Assembly (NCBI RefSeq): GCF_033153115.1
Contig: NW_026889751.1
Coordinates: forward strand, 30,752,001-30,816,000
Length of the DNA: 64,000 nt
Source: Saccostrea echinata
Taxonomy: Eukaryota
Direction of reading: 5' to 3'
Shown here: positions 26,190 through 40,000 of the stretch, one piece after another
Position numbering within the stretch: the first letter of the stretch is position 1
Layout of the letters: the number at the start of each line of letters is the position of its first letter
Program-made: the position numbers and the translations under genes
Notes under the pieces: model-generated
What the model was told of the DNA's origin: nothing
What the model saw: only the letters and a program-made list of their open reading frames with translations
Databases searched by the model: none

Positions 26190-26940
26190 AGGATGCGTCC
26201 ATATAAGTTTCAGCTTTTCTGGCCCAGTGGTTCTTGAGAAGAAGATTTTTAAATATTTTTTTCTATATATTTCAATGTAAAAGGGCTTGGCCCTTTATTT
26301 TAACAATTTAAGGTATTCAATGTATAATGAAGGGATTTTGAACAATTTTGAATCATTTAAAACTAGTCAAAAATGCATTGCTAGATAACGATGAAAGTGA
26401 AATGAACCAAATTCACATGACTGGTAACATATAAAAAACCGGTCATTTTGCACTTTAAAAGTTTTTGAAGAGTTATCTGCCCTTGATGCAAAGAAGAAAA
26501 TTTTAATTTCGTCAAAATATCTGCGGTAAATGATTAATTTTATTTCATATTTTAATAAAGAGAGAGTGTATGCATATTTTCACCAAGTGCTTTTTATGAC
26601 ATTCAAATTAATTTTTACAATATCTTAATAACACATGCATTGCCCATAGACTTCAATGTAAAATTCAAGGTGCAATTAATTTGACAATAATCAAAATTTT
26701 GTAAATTTCTTTGGTGGAGTATTTTTATTTCATAACACCTTCAAAATGGTACCATAATTACAAATATAGGACCTTTCATGTATTAGATACAAAATATGGT
26801 CGTTATACATTGAATACCTTAAACTCTCCTTTACCAAAGGTTGCTTTGTACCTTGTTTGATTAAAATTGGCCCAGTGGTGCTTGAGAAGAAGTTGAAAAT
26901 GTGAAAAGTATACAGACGGACGGATGACGGACAATAGGTA

Positions 26941-26983
<43 letters not shown>
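26190..26983 (-). mobile_element. Helentron-like non-autonomous element (partial), interrupted by a MITE
   Basis: aatcagaaaagctcacttgagctttcagctcaggtgagctaaaa terminus and (gacg) microsatellite; inverted relative to the 27416 copy. Confidence 0.75.
26312..26818. mobile_element. Kolobok-type MITE
   Basis: TTAA|ggtattcaatgtataatg ... cgttatacattgaatacc|TTAA. Confidence 0.85.
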
Positions 26984-26985
<2 letters not shown>

Positions 26986-27415
26986 AAGAAGCATATATGG
27001 TCACTGGCTAAGCTGTAATAAGATACGTATTATTTAATTTTTGAGCTGATCCGGAAGATCATAACTTTTAGTCCGAAATATCTGACGTTTTCCTGGCTTT
27101 TTTACTATTTTTATATTTTACGTGAAATATCAAAATCGTAAAAAAAAAAGCCTGGATTTAAGGGGTGGGGTGGGGTTGCGCACCAGTGAGCGCCCCCTAA
27201 AATTGTCAATCTTAGCGTAAATCATTAGTTTTGTTAAGAAATGAAAAAAAATGCACCAGAATTTAAGACCCTGCCTCCTTTACTTAAAATCACTTGTTCT
27301 GCCTAATAATGCAGATCTTAGTTAATTTCAAGTTCCTCAACTGAATCATTATTCAGTTGCTTACTTTGATAGGCAGATACCATAATAATTAACTGGTTAA
27401 AAATCAATACCAACG

Positions 27416-27421
27416 CTTTTC

Positions 27422-27463
<42 letters not shown>

Positions 27464-27516
27464 ATTTTGTCCGGCGTCCGTCTGTCTGTCAGTGCTGTCT
27501 GTCCGTCCGTCTGTCT

Positions 27517-27547
<31 letters not shown>

Positions 27548-27617
27548 GACTTCTTCTCAAGAACCACTGGTCCAATGTCAACCAAACTTGCCACAAAGTA
27601 TCCTTGGGTAAAGGGGG

Positions 27618-27649
<32 letters not shown>

Positions 27650-28591
27650 CTTTCAAGGGGAGATAATTAGGAATTACTGAAAAAATAATGGCATCATTTA
27701 AAAATCTTCTTCTCAAGAACCATAGGGTCAGGAAAGATGAAACTCATGTGGAAGCATCCTCAGGTAATTTAGATTCAATTTTGTTCAAATCATGACCCCT
27801 GGGGGTAGGGCGGGGCCACAATGGAGGATCAAAGTTTTACATAGAAATATATAGGAAAAATCTTTAAAAATCTTCTCAAGAACAGCAAAGCCATGATGAG
27901 TCATATTTTTATGGAAGCATCCTCAGGTAGTGTAGATTCAAGTTTGTTCAAATCATGACCCCTGGGGGTAGGACAGGGCCACAATGGAGGATCAAAGTTT
28001 TACATAGAAATATATAGGAAAAATCTTTAAAAATCTTCTTCTCAAGAACAGCAAAGCCATGATGAGTCATATTTATATGGAAGCATCCTCAGGTAGTGTA
28101 GATTCAAGTTTGTCCAAACCATGACCCCCGGGGGTAGGGCGGGACCGCAATGGAGGATCAAAGCTTTACATAGAAATATAAAGGAAGCATCCCCAGGTAG
28201 TGTAGATTCTATTTTGTTCAAATGATGACCTGCAGGGGTAGGGTCGGACCCAATAGGGGATGGAAAGTTTTACATAAGAACATATAGAAGAAATATTTCT
28301 TCTCAAGAACAGAAAAGCTATGTTTAGTCATATTGATATGGGAGCATCCTCAGGTAGTGTAGATTCAAGTTTGTTCAAATCATGACCCCTGGGATAGGGA
28401 GGAGCCACAATGGGGGATCAAATTTTTACAAAGGAATATATGAGAAATTTTTTTTAAAATCTTCTCAAGTACAACAAAGCCATTTGTTACATTGACATGG
28501 AGGCGTCATCAGGTAGTTTAAATTCAAGCCCCCCCCCCCCCCCCGGTCTTTTCTATACTGAACTGATTTGTGCTTTTGCCTAGCCAATGTG

Positions 28592-28627
<36 letters not shown>
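27416..28627 (+). mobile_element. Full-length Helentron-like element carrying an internal satellite array of about 165 bp units
   Basis: gctcacctgagc subterminal IR mirrored by gctcaggtgagc, (gtct)n tract, about 6 units containing ggaagcatcctcaggtagtgtagattcaagtttgttcaaatcatgaccc, 3' hairpin ggcccatgggcc, T-rich insertion site. Confidence 0.85.
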
Positions 28628-28628
<1 letters not shown>

Positions 28629-29347
28629 AGTATTAGCGTCAGACTGTTAATCAAACATGAAACATTAAAATCTGTTTTTTATGGGAAAATGTAAAAATGT
28701 CTACTCGGTACGTAGACGTCATTTTTACCCTACAAAATCTCTAAAATCCAGGAGCTTTCGGGGGCTAAATGTAATTAATGAGAAAGACTGATGTCAGACC
28801 ATGATATGAAGATATTTTCACACAGAGAGTAGGAAGAGTTATAATTTATTATGACGGCATAGAAAAAAATGAGGTGTATACGAAAATATTTTTTTAGTAT
28901 CATACTTATTAAAATCATATTAGAAAATATAATAAAGTACTGCTTCCTAAGTCAGAATATCATTATATGTGCTTGTAAGAAAAAAATACATCTATTAGCA
29001 AGAGTTATCTTTCTTATTTTTTTCAATGGAAAAAATATATTTATATAAAATTCTACATATGGTACGGGTACGTACTTGAAACATTAAAGCATTTTTTAAA
29101 TAGTCCATAAAAAGAAAGAACTTATATTCAATTTTGTAAGTGTTTAAAAACTGGATTTAAAAGTTTTTTGTCAAATATTACATGTGTAAAACAATTTGAA
29201 AAGTATTTATTTAGCAAAAGGAAATAGAAGTCAATGTTTCCTTCAGATGTGTAATTTGATCGAATTGACAATAAAGTAAACTCTGAATAATATTAGGAGT
29301 ACTTAGTTGGTTATCTCTCTTATCAGAGGGTTGGTCCCCTTTAATCT

Positions 29348-29348
29348 G

Positions 29349-29400
<52 letters not shown>
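29348..29400. repeat. (GA)n microsatellite
   Basis: GA run with one interruption. Confidence 0.95.
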
Positions 29401-29405
<5 letters not shown>

Positions 29406-30083
29406 GGTCCTCCCCGAAATGGCATTAAAGATCAAGTTATTAACAGAGTCGTGTCTTTATCTTCATATCTATTACTCTTGGTAGATGTACATTGTAATAG
29501 AATATGTGTAAATATTCAGCTGTCTCAATGCATGCAGACGAAAGACAAATGCTTTCTATACACATTAAAGGTGTATCTACTTCTCAGTATATATAAATCT
29601 TCAGAGTTATACTCAAGTTTGGAGTGCATGCAGATTTCGTTTTTTAAGGAGTTTCCAAATCTCTTCAAGCCCTCTGGTAAAAGTATTTCTTGATAGGAAA
29701 GAGACAAATCGATTTTATTGGTAAGTGCCTAATTATATCATTCCAACTATTAATCCCTTTTCATTTTTAAACTGTTTAATTAAGATAATCCATTCCAGTA
29801 CACTTTGCATAAAAAGTTGCAAAGCAAACAATATCGAGATTAAAATCGTCGCAGTAAAACAGGCGGTGTTTGCTGGATTCCGTTCTGTCAGCGCTATAGG
29901 GTTAGCGGTTCATTCGTCAGGTCTTAGTCTTTAGTAATCTCCTCCGATCATAAGATAAATTACAATTCAGTCTACAAGCTTCAGAACAAAGAGATTTTTA
30001 AAGAAACTGTTGACAGATTGAAGGAATCGCCCCGTCGTCACATAGAAGTGCCTAGAAACGAGGACCTGGGAGAAGACAGGAGG

Positions 30084-33000
30084 ATGCATAAAACGGAACT
30101 CAGCCTTCCCCCAATCTACGGGGCCACCAGGTAAGTGGCACCTGTCCTCTTCGTAGAAATTTATTTCACAGTAATATATATCTGTTTCATTTTATATCTT
30201 TTAACAAAATGTTCAAGGTGTTTTGAATATCCAACCATGTCTTGTTAGCGATTTTAATGCTACAATTGCTCGCTCTCTCTTTCCTTTTTATAAAATCTGA
30301 CGATAAATAAAAAACCCCTGTTCTTATCATTGACGAATACTAAAGTCAAGATTACTACTACAGAAGATTAAAAAAATCTGAAACAATGATTGTAATTAGT
30401 TCTATATCCGATTTAAACTTTCTCTACCTTTGTCTTAAGAAAATGAAGTTAACTTCATTTCTACCTTATTTTTTGTTAGATATTTGCTTTTCTTTCTGTA
30501 CATGTAGAAGCTTGAGAAATAATAGTTACCCTTTCACAGCACCAAGCCTTAACGGTCTGTATAATAATATAATAATAATGTACCCTCAATATACACAACT
30601 CATGCTGGATTTGCTCGATCTGTCATCACTCAGAAATCTCCATTCATTACTCAGATAGATAAACAAGACAAAGACTAGTATGAATGGAACTTTTAACACA
30701 TGTAATTCACGTCAGACTGCATTGTCATTCGGGTACTACCATAAATACCTGTATAGGTTCTAATCACTCTCGGTCATCGGAGGGTATTCAACATGTTTTA
30801 CCATCTGAATGTAGGTCATGAATATTTCAACTGGTCCATATATATCGCTCAAGATTATTTTTTTTTTTAAATATACAAGCCAATAAATATACACAAATAA
30901 ATCTTTTAAATATAACAAGAATGTTTAATATCCACAACAACTCATAGAGGCCATTTGAGGTGAAAGTTAAATTTCAGTTATCTCTCTTGCACCCGTAATT
31001 TTACAAGAAGTTTCAACAATTCTTTTTTTTTTTTTTTTTTGTATGAGTTTTAATACATCTGATAAATATAAAAGTCTTGAATGGTTATATTTCACGCCTG
31101 CTTGAAAGGGTGGATGGGGAGAGAAAGTTTGCTACCGGGACCCTGCCGTATATTAATGACACTAAATTGTAAGCACGGTGAAGATGACTAACAATCAATA
31201 GGACCCTTCCACCCTAATCCCCCCCCCCCCCAACTCCCCGAATAGTGGATACCGGGCATACAGAACCCAGGGAAAATCGTCTGTTCTATCCTTTCCCAGT
31301 AAAAATTCCTTTTCTTTATATTTGGCCAATCCTCCCTCCCCATGCAAACCCCTTCTCATTTTCCCTGCTAGTCTATTCCGTAATTTATTATGGACCTGGA
31401 GCGCGATGAATCGCCCAATACGGCCCCAATTCCCTCAATAATTTCTTTACTAGCCTCCTTTGATTTTTTCCTCAAGATAACAGCCTTTTAATACTAAAGC
31501 CTTATTATTTTATCCATCCATGACAGCAGAGGGTTGTCTCGTTCTTATCTCGTTCACATCTCGTCGGTGTTCTATGAAGGGATCTTCCAGTGTACAAAAT
31601 TACAAAAAAAAATTTCCTGGGCAGGGTCATTTTATTTCGGTGGTGTCATTTTCAAACCTGTTAATTGTTTTTCAATTCCTGGACCGATTGGAGGGGATAG
31701 GGCGGAGGGGGAGGAGGAGAATGACAATTTGAAGATGTGTGCCATCCAAAGGTGAAAATAACAACTCCCCTCCCCTATTAAATGTATATGTTGGAGGAAA
31801 GAAAAAATGACTTTGGACCCACCCCCCACCCCCCTAGAGAACTTTTTGCTTGTCCAGAAATTTTCTAGTTTTAATCCGTTTGGGAAGGGGATTAAGCTTT
31901 TTTTTTTTTTGGCTTGTGAATGAATCCTGTAAACAGTACAGATATTGAACAGAGCAAGATATTCTGAGAACATGTTTTTATTTTTTCACTGTAATCAAAG
32001 AAATACTGAAACCGTTTTCAGATATAATTTTCCTTTGATGGATTTTTGATTTTTAGATGGAAAACACTGATAACCTGCTATGGTGTCTTATACTTCAGAT
32101 CTGTATCAATGAAATCAAAAGGCCCATGAAATAGAAATTTTAATCGATGGGGCATAAATTTATTGCATTATTCATTATTTTTATGGTGTCTTAACTTCTT
32201 CAATATTTTCACTATTATAAAACGAGTGTGGTTTTACTTTAAAACTGATGATTCGTAAATATTTTACAAATGAATGGATCTATAAAGTTATTTCCCTTTT
32301 TGACAGGTGCGTCAGGTTTAACACCCTATCGTTAATCCTCTTCACCCGACAAATCCTCTGTAATGCTGTGCACGGGGTAACGGTCTCAATTAAACTGGAC
32401 AAAACTTTTAAAATTTGAATCCATTTATCCACACTTTCAGTTCTACCCTAGATTATTATATAACTAAAAGAGAGTGACACCGCACGTGGATCTTTAAAAT
32501 CTATAAAACCGTCTAAAGCTGGTAGCAATTTAAACTTTCAAAATTCTCCTATTTAACGAGCACGTCGTAGAGTTCCTTTTCACTGCATTGTAAATCACCT
32601 CTTGCCTAACCCCATATACTTATATAGCAGGGTTTAAAGTCTTTGTCGTGTGTTTGTTTTGTGTATAATCGTAAGAATTGCAGTCCCTTGGAAGCAGGCC
32701 TACAACCTTTGTGGATTACGCTGTAAAGGGATCCATTTATCTCCTAATTTGTGGCGTTTCCGGTTCGTAACCAGGGTAACCATTCACTCCGAGTTGCCCG
32801 GAAATTCGAGCACTTTCTCTTGGTTCTTCTTCTGTGTCATTATTCATTGGATGTGAGTGTTTGGAATTTAATGATTTTCTGACGGCAGATTAGACTTCGA
32901 AAAAAAACGAAATGCCCGGGGAAAGGAGACCCTATACTTCATTAGATGGTTATGACGTGTAAGTATAGAATAAGGGTTTTTATGGAAAGGGTCGGTATAA

Positions 33001-33933
33001 AAACTGTTATTTGGAACTTTGATTTAATGTAAAGATATAGGAATTTTCATCTATAACGTTAAAATTTTATTTTACTAAAATCAAACTTAGAAAAACATCG
33101 AAATATATAAGTAAATGATAAATCAAGGACACTAACATGTGTAGTGCAGGAATCACAGTATCTGGCACACGACCTTGATTTTAATCTGATAATTATCAAA
33201 TGAATATCATTTAAATGCATCAGTAGTTGACTAGAAGACTTAAGTTTGTGTCCCTGCTATCAGATTCCGTCTGTATATAACTGTGACTAGGGTCTGCAGG
33301 TGCCCGCGAAAGCCAGCTGTAACACATAACGACTCCTTCAAAGTTTTCGGCCTTTCTTATATAAAAACTGATGTTTGATCATTAAGCTTTTAATCTATTA
33401 ATTTCTCAGGGCAAAAACAGACTTCAGTCTGTGGATTAAATGTCTGAGAATGTTGTGTATCGAGTTTCTAGTAAAAGGAAAATTGATCTTTAAAAAGTTA
33501 CATAAAAGAAAATTCTACGATGACAGTACGTCTTGAATTGATCGGATTTAATTATCATGTATACAAGTATTGAAATGTACAAAAAAGAACTCCTGGCTTG
33601 AATTTCATCCAATTGATTCGTTAAACTGTTTTCGATACATTTGTAAACCGTCAGACCTGAGCGAATGACTTCCGATAACTTTTTCTACCCATTGCAGTTC
33701 GTTGTTATTCCTATTCAAAAACTCTATAGATAACGATTGATTTCAATAACTAATCCGAAGGAATGATAAACATTCATTGATATTTGAAATTAAACTCCAC
33801 TGTTTGATGGTTACCATTGATTTAGCGATGGAATTTAAAGCCTGTATCAATATAACACCTTATATTGTCCCACCCTCAGGTGTCAACGAGTGAATTTAAT
33901 GGATTATCTCCAACCTAAAAGCTTAATGCTGTT

Positions 33934-34021
<88 letters not shown>

Positions 34022-37000
34022 CTTTATCTTCTCTGAAGAGGCTTTCAAGTGTTTGAAATAACTTGCAAATATAATTATTATGACAGTTAAGAATAATGGG
34101 ATAAAATGTTTTCGTAATAGTTTTAAAAAAAATAAGATTGTTCAATATTTTTTTTTCACTGAAATAAATCAATATACATTTCACTGCTTTGACGAGTTTA
34201 ATTTAAAAAGTTATAAGTGCAATATACATGAAATATATGGAGATAACGAAGAGTATTCAAGCTCAAAAGTCCATTAAACAATACAATATAGGAGCAGAGC
34301 AAACACGGACCTCCAAACATCAGAGGTGGGATCAGGTGCCATGGAGGAGTGGGCATCCCCTGCCGACCGGTCACACCCGCCGTGTGCTCCTTGTCATGAT
34401 CGGGAAATAACGGAAAAATCCGTCAATTCAGTGTGTAAATAATGGCCTAACAATTGGTATGAAAAACGTCAGTCAGCATTTGACTCAATGATAAAATGTA
34501 TGATTTGACTTATGTTGAACACAAAATTTAAACGTAATCAGGTTGATCAAACATTTGAAGCATAGATGAATACATGAATGTTTGTCATGTTGTGAAAATG
34601 ATATGTTTAACATACTGCAGTATTATACATTTATCGCAAAAAAAATTTGATCAGTCCTTTGTCGCTTATTTAATATATCAATCTATGTTGCAATATTTCC
34701 TTCATAGAGTTTTAATTAAGAGAAGTAGGCTACAGAAACATGATGCATGAGTCGTTTCTATCTTTTAATCCTTTTTGAATAACAGAATCTATATTTTTAG
34801 CTGGGAGGGCACTGTACATATAAAAGGAGGGTTAAACTTCCAGGTTCCATGAGATGTTGCACTGTGTGACTTTCGAAAATGAAAACTTTCTCACGTGTGG
34901 AGAAAAAAATGCAAATATACAATAATTTCTTCGATTTTTATGTCAATGATAGTTTTAACAAGAAAGATTTTAATTTCCCCTGTTCTGCTCTGTTTGAGGT
35001 ACTGTAATCGGTATTACGAATAGGGCTGGGACGATATATCGAGATATCGATAATATCGATTCAATGTGAGGATGATACGCATATCGATACGTATGAAGAA
35101 ATATCGACATATCGTAAAGAAATTTCTGACTTGTGTTTTTCTTTGTTTACTTAACATTTTGGGTTAAATATATATAATAAATAGGCTAAATATAAACATG
35201 AAATACATAATTAATACCACTTGGGTAAAATGATTTTGTTTTACAACAGATACACAACTTCTCTGAATAAATTATTCTTATTTGTGAAGAAATGTTTCAT
35301 TCATTTCACTCCAAAAAATATTTTATAACCAATTCAACATATCGTGATACATATCGTATCGTGGCTCAAATATCGTGATACATATCGATATAGAAAAAGC
35401 TGTATCGTCCCAGCCCTAATTACGAATGCATTTATGCAATTACACTTTGATTTCAATGTCCAAATGAGAGTGTCAATAAGTGTATTATAAAATGATTGAA
35501 TGGTGGCAAGGTAGATTTAATTTAATTGAAATTCGTCTTTGAATTTTGAAAATTGCAATTTAAATATTAAAATTATCTGGTGCTTGTGATGGAAAACTAT
35601 TTGATCTCATTTATACGTCTCTCTATCACGGAATGGCTTTGAGTATAATTGCTGCCATTTAAGTGTTGAATACTCAAACTTAACAATGACAAGTTAATTA
35701 AGAAATTCAATAAAAAAAATAAACCAGAAGGCCATTTAATTCTCAAATTTTCCATGCTGCATAAAACCAGAATATCTATATGACACACGAGTGAAAGGTA
35801 TAAAGAGTTTCAAGTAAAATGTTTAAGCTATTTCGTCAAAGGAAAAACAACTTAAACCGGTGCAATGCATCATCGTCGATGATGAAGATATACTCGTACA
35901 ATTAACTTGAATTCTGGGCATCTGATATGTATTTTATAATCCAGAGATTGAGTGGTGTCGGAGTTCCTCCGACTTTATTCATCTAACGACTTATTTTTCC
36001 TCATTGTTCCTATGTTCACCTCTTAAGACTCATCGTTCTTATGTTCACATCTTAAGACTCATCGTTTCTCTGTTCACATCTGAAGACTCATCGTTTCTCT
36101 GTTCACATCTTAAGACTCATCGTTCCTATGTTCACATCTTAAGACTCATCGTTCTTCTGTTCACATCTTAAGACTTATCGTTCCTCTGTTCACATCTTAA
36201 GACTCATCGTTTCTATGTTCACATCTTAAGACTCATCGTTTCTCTGTTCACATCTTAAGACTCATCGTTCCTATGTTCACATCTTAAGACTCATCGTTTC
36301 TCTGTTCACGTCTTTAGACTCATCAATCCTCTGTTTACATCTTAAGACTCATCGTTTCTCTGTTCACATCTTAAGACTCATCGTTTCTATGTTCACATCT
36401 TAAGACTCATCGTTCTTATGTTCATATCTTAAGACTCATCGTTTCTCTGTTCACATCTTAAGACTCATCGTTTCTCTGTTTACATCTTAAGACTCATCGT
36501 TTCTCTGTTCACATCTTAAGACTCGTCGTTCCCATGTCTTGCAAATAAAACCCCGCTTCTCCAAAAGAAATCTAATCTGTAATTGAAATACACACAATTT
36601 TATCATATCCTAAGGTACAAAATTTTACAGTAATGGCCTTTTAATTTGACTATTTTATAAAGGAATATAATAGCATTTGTCCCATGAGAGTTATCTTTCT
36701 TATCAGTTGGTCATAGAACCTTAATCTTGTTAATTTACGGAAGACCCTTTTTTACACAAGTCGTTAATAAGTATACCACAATTGATTTTTAAAGAGAAAT
36801 GTTTTTTTTAATCTGTGTATGTGTTTATGACTTTTTTTTTTAAATTAATTAAATTAAAAACTTTCTACAATGTGCTTTTAATGCTTTAATTCTTGTGTCA
36901 AACGATACACATATCGGTATATATATATATTGATTACTTTGTTTTTATTAGGTAAATTTATAGGTTTTACAAATCCTTCAGGGACATTACACGCAAAACT

Positions 37001-40000
37001 GCAATAAATCGGAAAAATCTCGATCAGTAAAAATCATTACATAAAACAAGATAGTAATTACCCAGAAAACATAGACACTTCATTCCTTAGTAAAGTTAAA
37101 GCTTTAGTATAAAGTGTACACGTAATTTCCCTGGAGAAAATTGAAAGTACGTTGAATAATTTATCTGTTGTGGATACACAAGAAACGCTTTAACTATATA
37201 CCGGGCGTCATGACAGAATAAAGGCTTTTGCGTTTGTTTGAAAGAACGGTAAAGATGGCGCATTATATATCTAGTCTGTGAGTTGTAAAACTATCGGCTG
37301 TTACTTTGTGAGGATGCAGAAAGCAGAAAAACTCGATCGGTACAGCGCCCCGAGGAATGTCGTCTGGCTGGACACGTCTAACCTCGATATCGTTCTCCGC
37401 AGACGTCGGACGCCCCGACATTTCTGTGGAAGGTTTGTTTCTGCCAGAACGTTGTTAAAGGACTAGCATTAACTGTCTAGCAAATGTAGGCTGTTTGTTC
37501 ACAACCTACGTCTTTCTGTTTTGCTTTTGGTTATCGTTTGTGAATGCAGCATTTCTAGAAAAGGTCCGTTTGAATATTCTGATTTTTAATGATAGCTTTA
37601 TGCTTGTGAGTGTTTGAACATGTATAAAACACTTAAAAGTATTCCTTTCGAAATTCTGATAATGGTACGGTGTTTTTTTTTTGTCCGACAATTTAAGGTA
37701 TATCTTAAAAATATTGTCGACACTGAGTGATGGAGCGTATTGACTTAGCACAACCATGGAGAGATGGTTTAGATTAATGTATCCTTCTGGGGTCATTTCC
37801 CAATTGAACTGGAATCAGTCAACTTTTCTTGTCGCCCTTGCATCTGCCTATGTTCGAAACTTGCCAACCACATAACAAAGTCATTAAAACTCTTTTTAGA
37901 TACCCCTCTGACGTGTACCAGACAAACGATTACGATGATGGGGTCATGTATCCCCCCGCCTGTGAGGGACCGTTCTCTGGAAGATACACTCCCATGAAGG
38001 AGGGAAGAGGAACACCCCTCAGAAGGTCCAACACAGTAATGGGTTCCAGACCCACCTCCCGGGTAAACCTCGGCACACAGGTGAGCTTAATGACCTTTAG
38101 ATGACAAAACGGACCACATTCTTATCACAGTATGGTTTAGAGCATACTTTTCTTTTTTTTCTGTTTAATGTGAACATTATTTCTAGATTCAATCAGGAGA
38201 AAATACCACCCTTTTGCATTCAGTTTCTACAGTAGAAACACTTAAACTAAAGAAACATATTCAATTAAACGATTTTCTTTTGATTCACCTGAGCCAAAGG
38301 CTCAATTTTTTTAAGAGAGTGTCCGACGTCGGCGTGTGTTATGTTTCATTTGTAAATTTGACGCCCTCTTTCAAGGGGAGATAATTTAAAAATATCGAAA
38401 ACAGGGGAGTCTTAAAAAATCCCGAAAACCACTGGGGAAGAAAAGACAAAATTTTTATGATTTTTTTATTGAGTGTAGATAAAAGTTTGTTCAGATCAGG
38501 GTCCAGGACCTTGATTAGTGAAATAAGTGCTAGTATTCAACCATCTACATGTATTGTAGATTCGAGTTTCTCAAATCATATCCCTGCGTCCAAGGATGGG
38601 AGCACAATAGGGACTCAAAGTTTAGCACTGGAAAATATATGACTTTCACTGGAAAAAAAAATCTCTAAACAGCTTTATCTTAAAAGAAGAGCTTAGTTAG
38701 TCAAAATTTGTTCAAAGCATAGCCCTAGAGACTACCTGGGGCCACAGTTGGGGAGAATTTTTATACAGAAATATATAAACATAGAACAATAATAAGGCTA
38801 AAATTTGTAAAGTTGACATCAGTATATATAAAGTATATTATTGTAAATAAATACTGTTGAAACCACAGACTGAAAAATAACAACTGGATGTTTTATTTGT
38901 CTACATGTACAAAGTCATTTGTAAGGAAGAAAATGGTGACTCAGGTGAGCATTGTGGCCCATTTGATTTCACGGCTTCTGGTTATTTTAAGAAATAAATA
39001 CAACAGCGTTCTAGATGCCAATCATTAATTTAAATGTTTTCTTCTCACATAATATGCAGGATGATGTACAAAGGGTGAGTTGTGCATGTTACTAAATATA
39101 TAAAAATGATCACGTGATCTGATCACAATTTTTTAAATGAACCGAATGACTAAACATATGATCACATTGTCACGTCATTCATTGTTAATAATATCAGTGA
39201 TATTGTTATTGTGGCTGTCATGTAACTCCATTGCATGAATGTAAGACTTTCAATCAATTTACTGAATATGATGCTTTTGAACTAAAGCTTCAAAATATAG
39301 GAATTTAATGTACCGAAGATAAATTATTAACAAAATAATTTATATATTTTTTAGAAAAAAAAAATTCTGTTTGTAGTTTTAAAGGAATAAGAATATTTTG
39401 CTTGATAAGTTAGTTAAGAATTTTGTAAATAGACTCAGGTAACATTTCATCAGTGATTCCAAACATTGCATTATCTATTATCTGTATTTTGCTTTGCAAA
39501 ATACCTTTTTGTCCAGCGTTTCTTAGTCAATATGAAATACAAACAACCCTTGTTCGGGTCAATACTTATTCACCATTAACACACATCCTAAACCTGCAGT
39601 AAACCCTAGCCCTGACAAAATAAACCCCCATTAAACACTTTGTCAGCCAAAGGTATTGCATGTGTAGACAATCCACCTCACGAAATGTGATATGATTATT
39701 AAATCCCCCGCCTGATTTATTGATTCTGTTTATATTTCTGCAGTATGGGGACTACCTTAGACCGGTATTTATTACTGTATATACAACTACCAGTTGTCTG
39801 ACAATCCACGGGCACCTGCCAACGTCTCCTAATATCTCAAAATCTGCCCCTCTTATCGGAATTCATCAAATAAATACCCTGATTGTGCACTTTTAAAGGT
39901 CACCGTGGACTGCGAGACATCTGATAGTATTACAATATAAACGTGATGAACGGTGGCGGATCAAAAAATTATCAATAATGTAGAACGTTAGAAACTATGG

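Noticed and set aside
29211-29693. ORFs with ERERER/LSLSLS runs (also IYIYIY at 33936)
   Set aside because: Translations of dinucleotide microsatellites.
35995-36535. Regular 29-bp repeats resembling a CRISPR array
   Set aside because: Units are contiguous with no unique spacers, there are no cas genes, and the context is a eukaryotic intron; this is a minisatellite.
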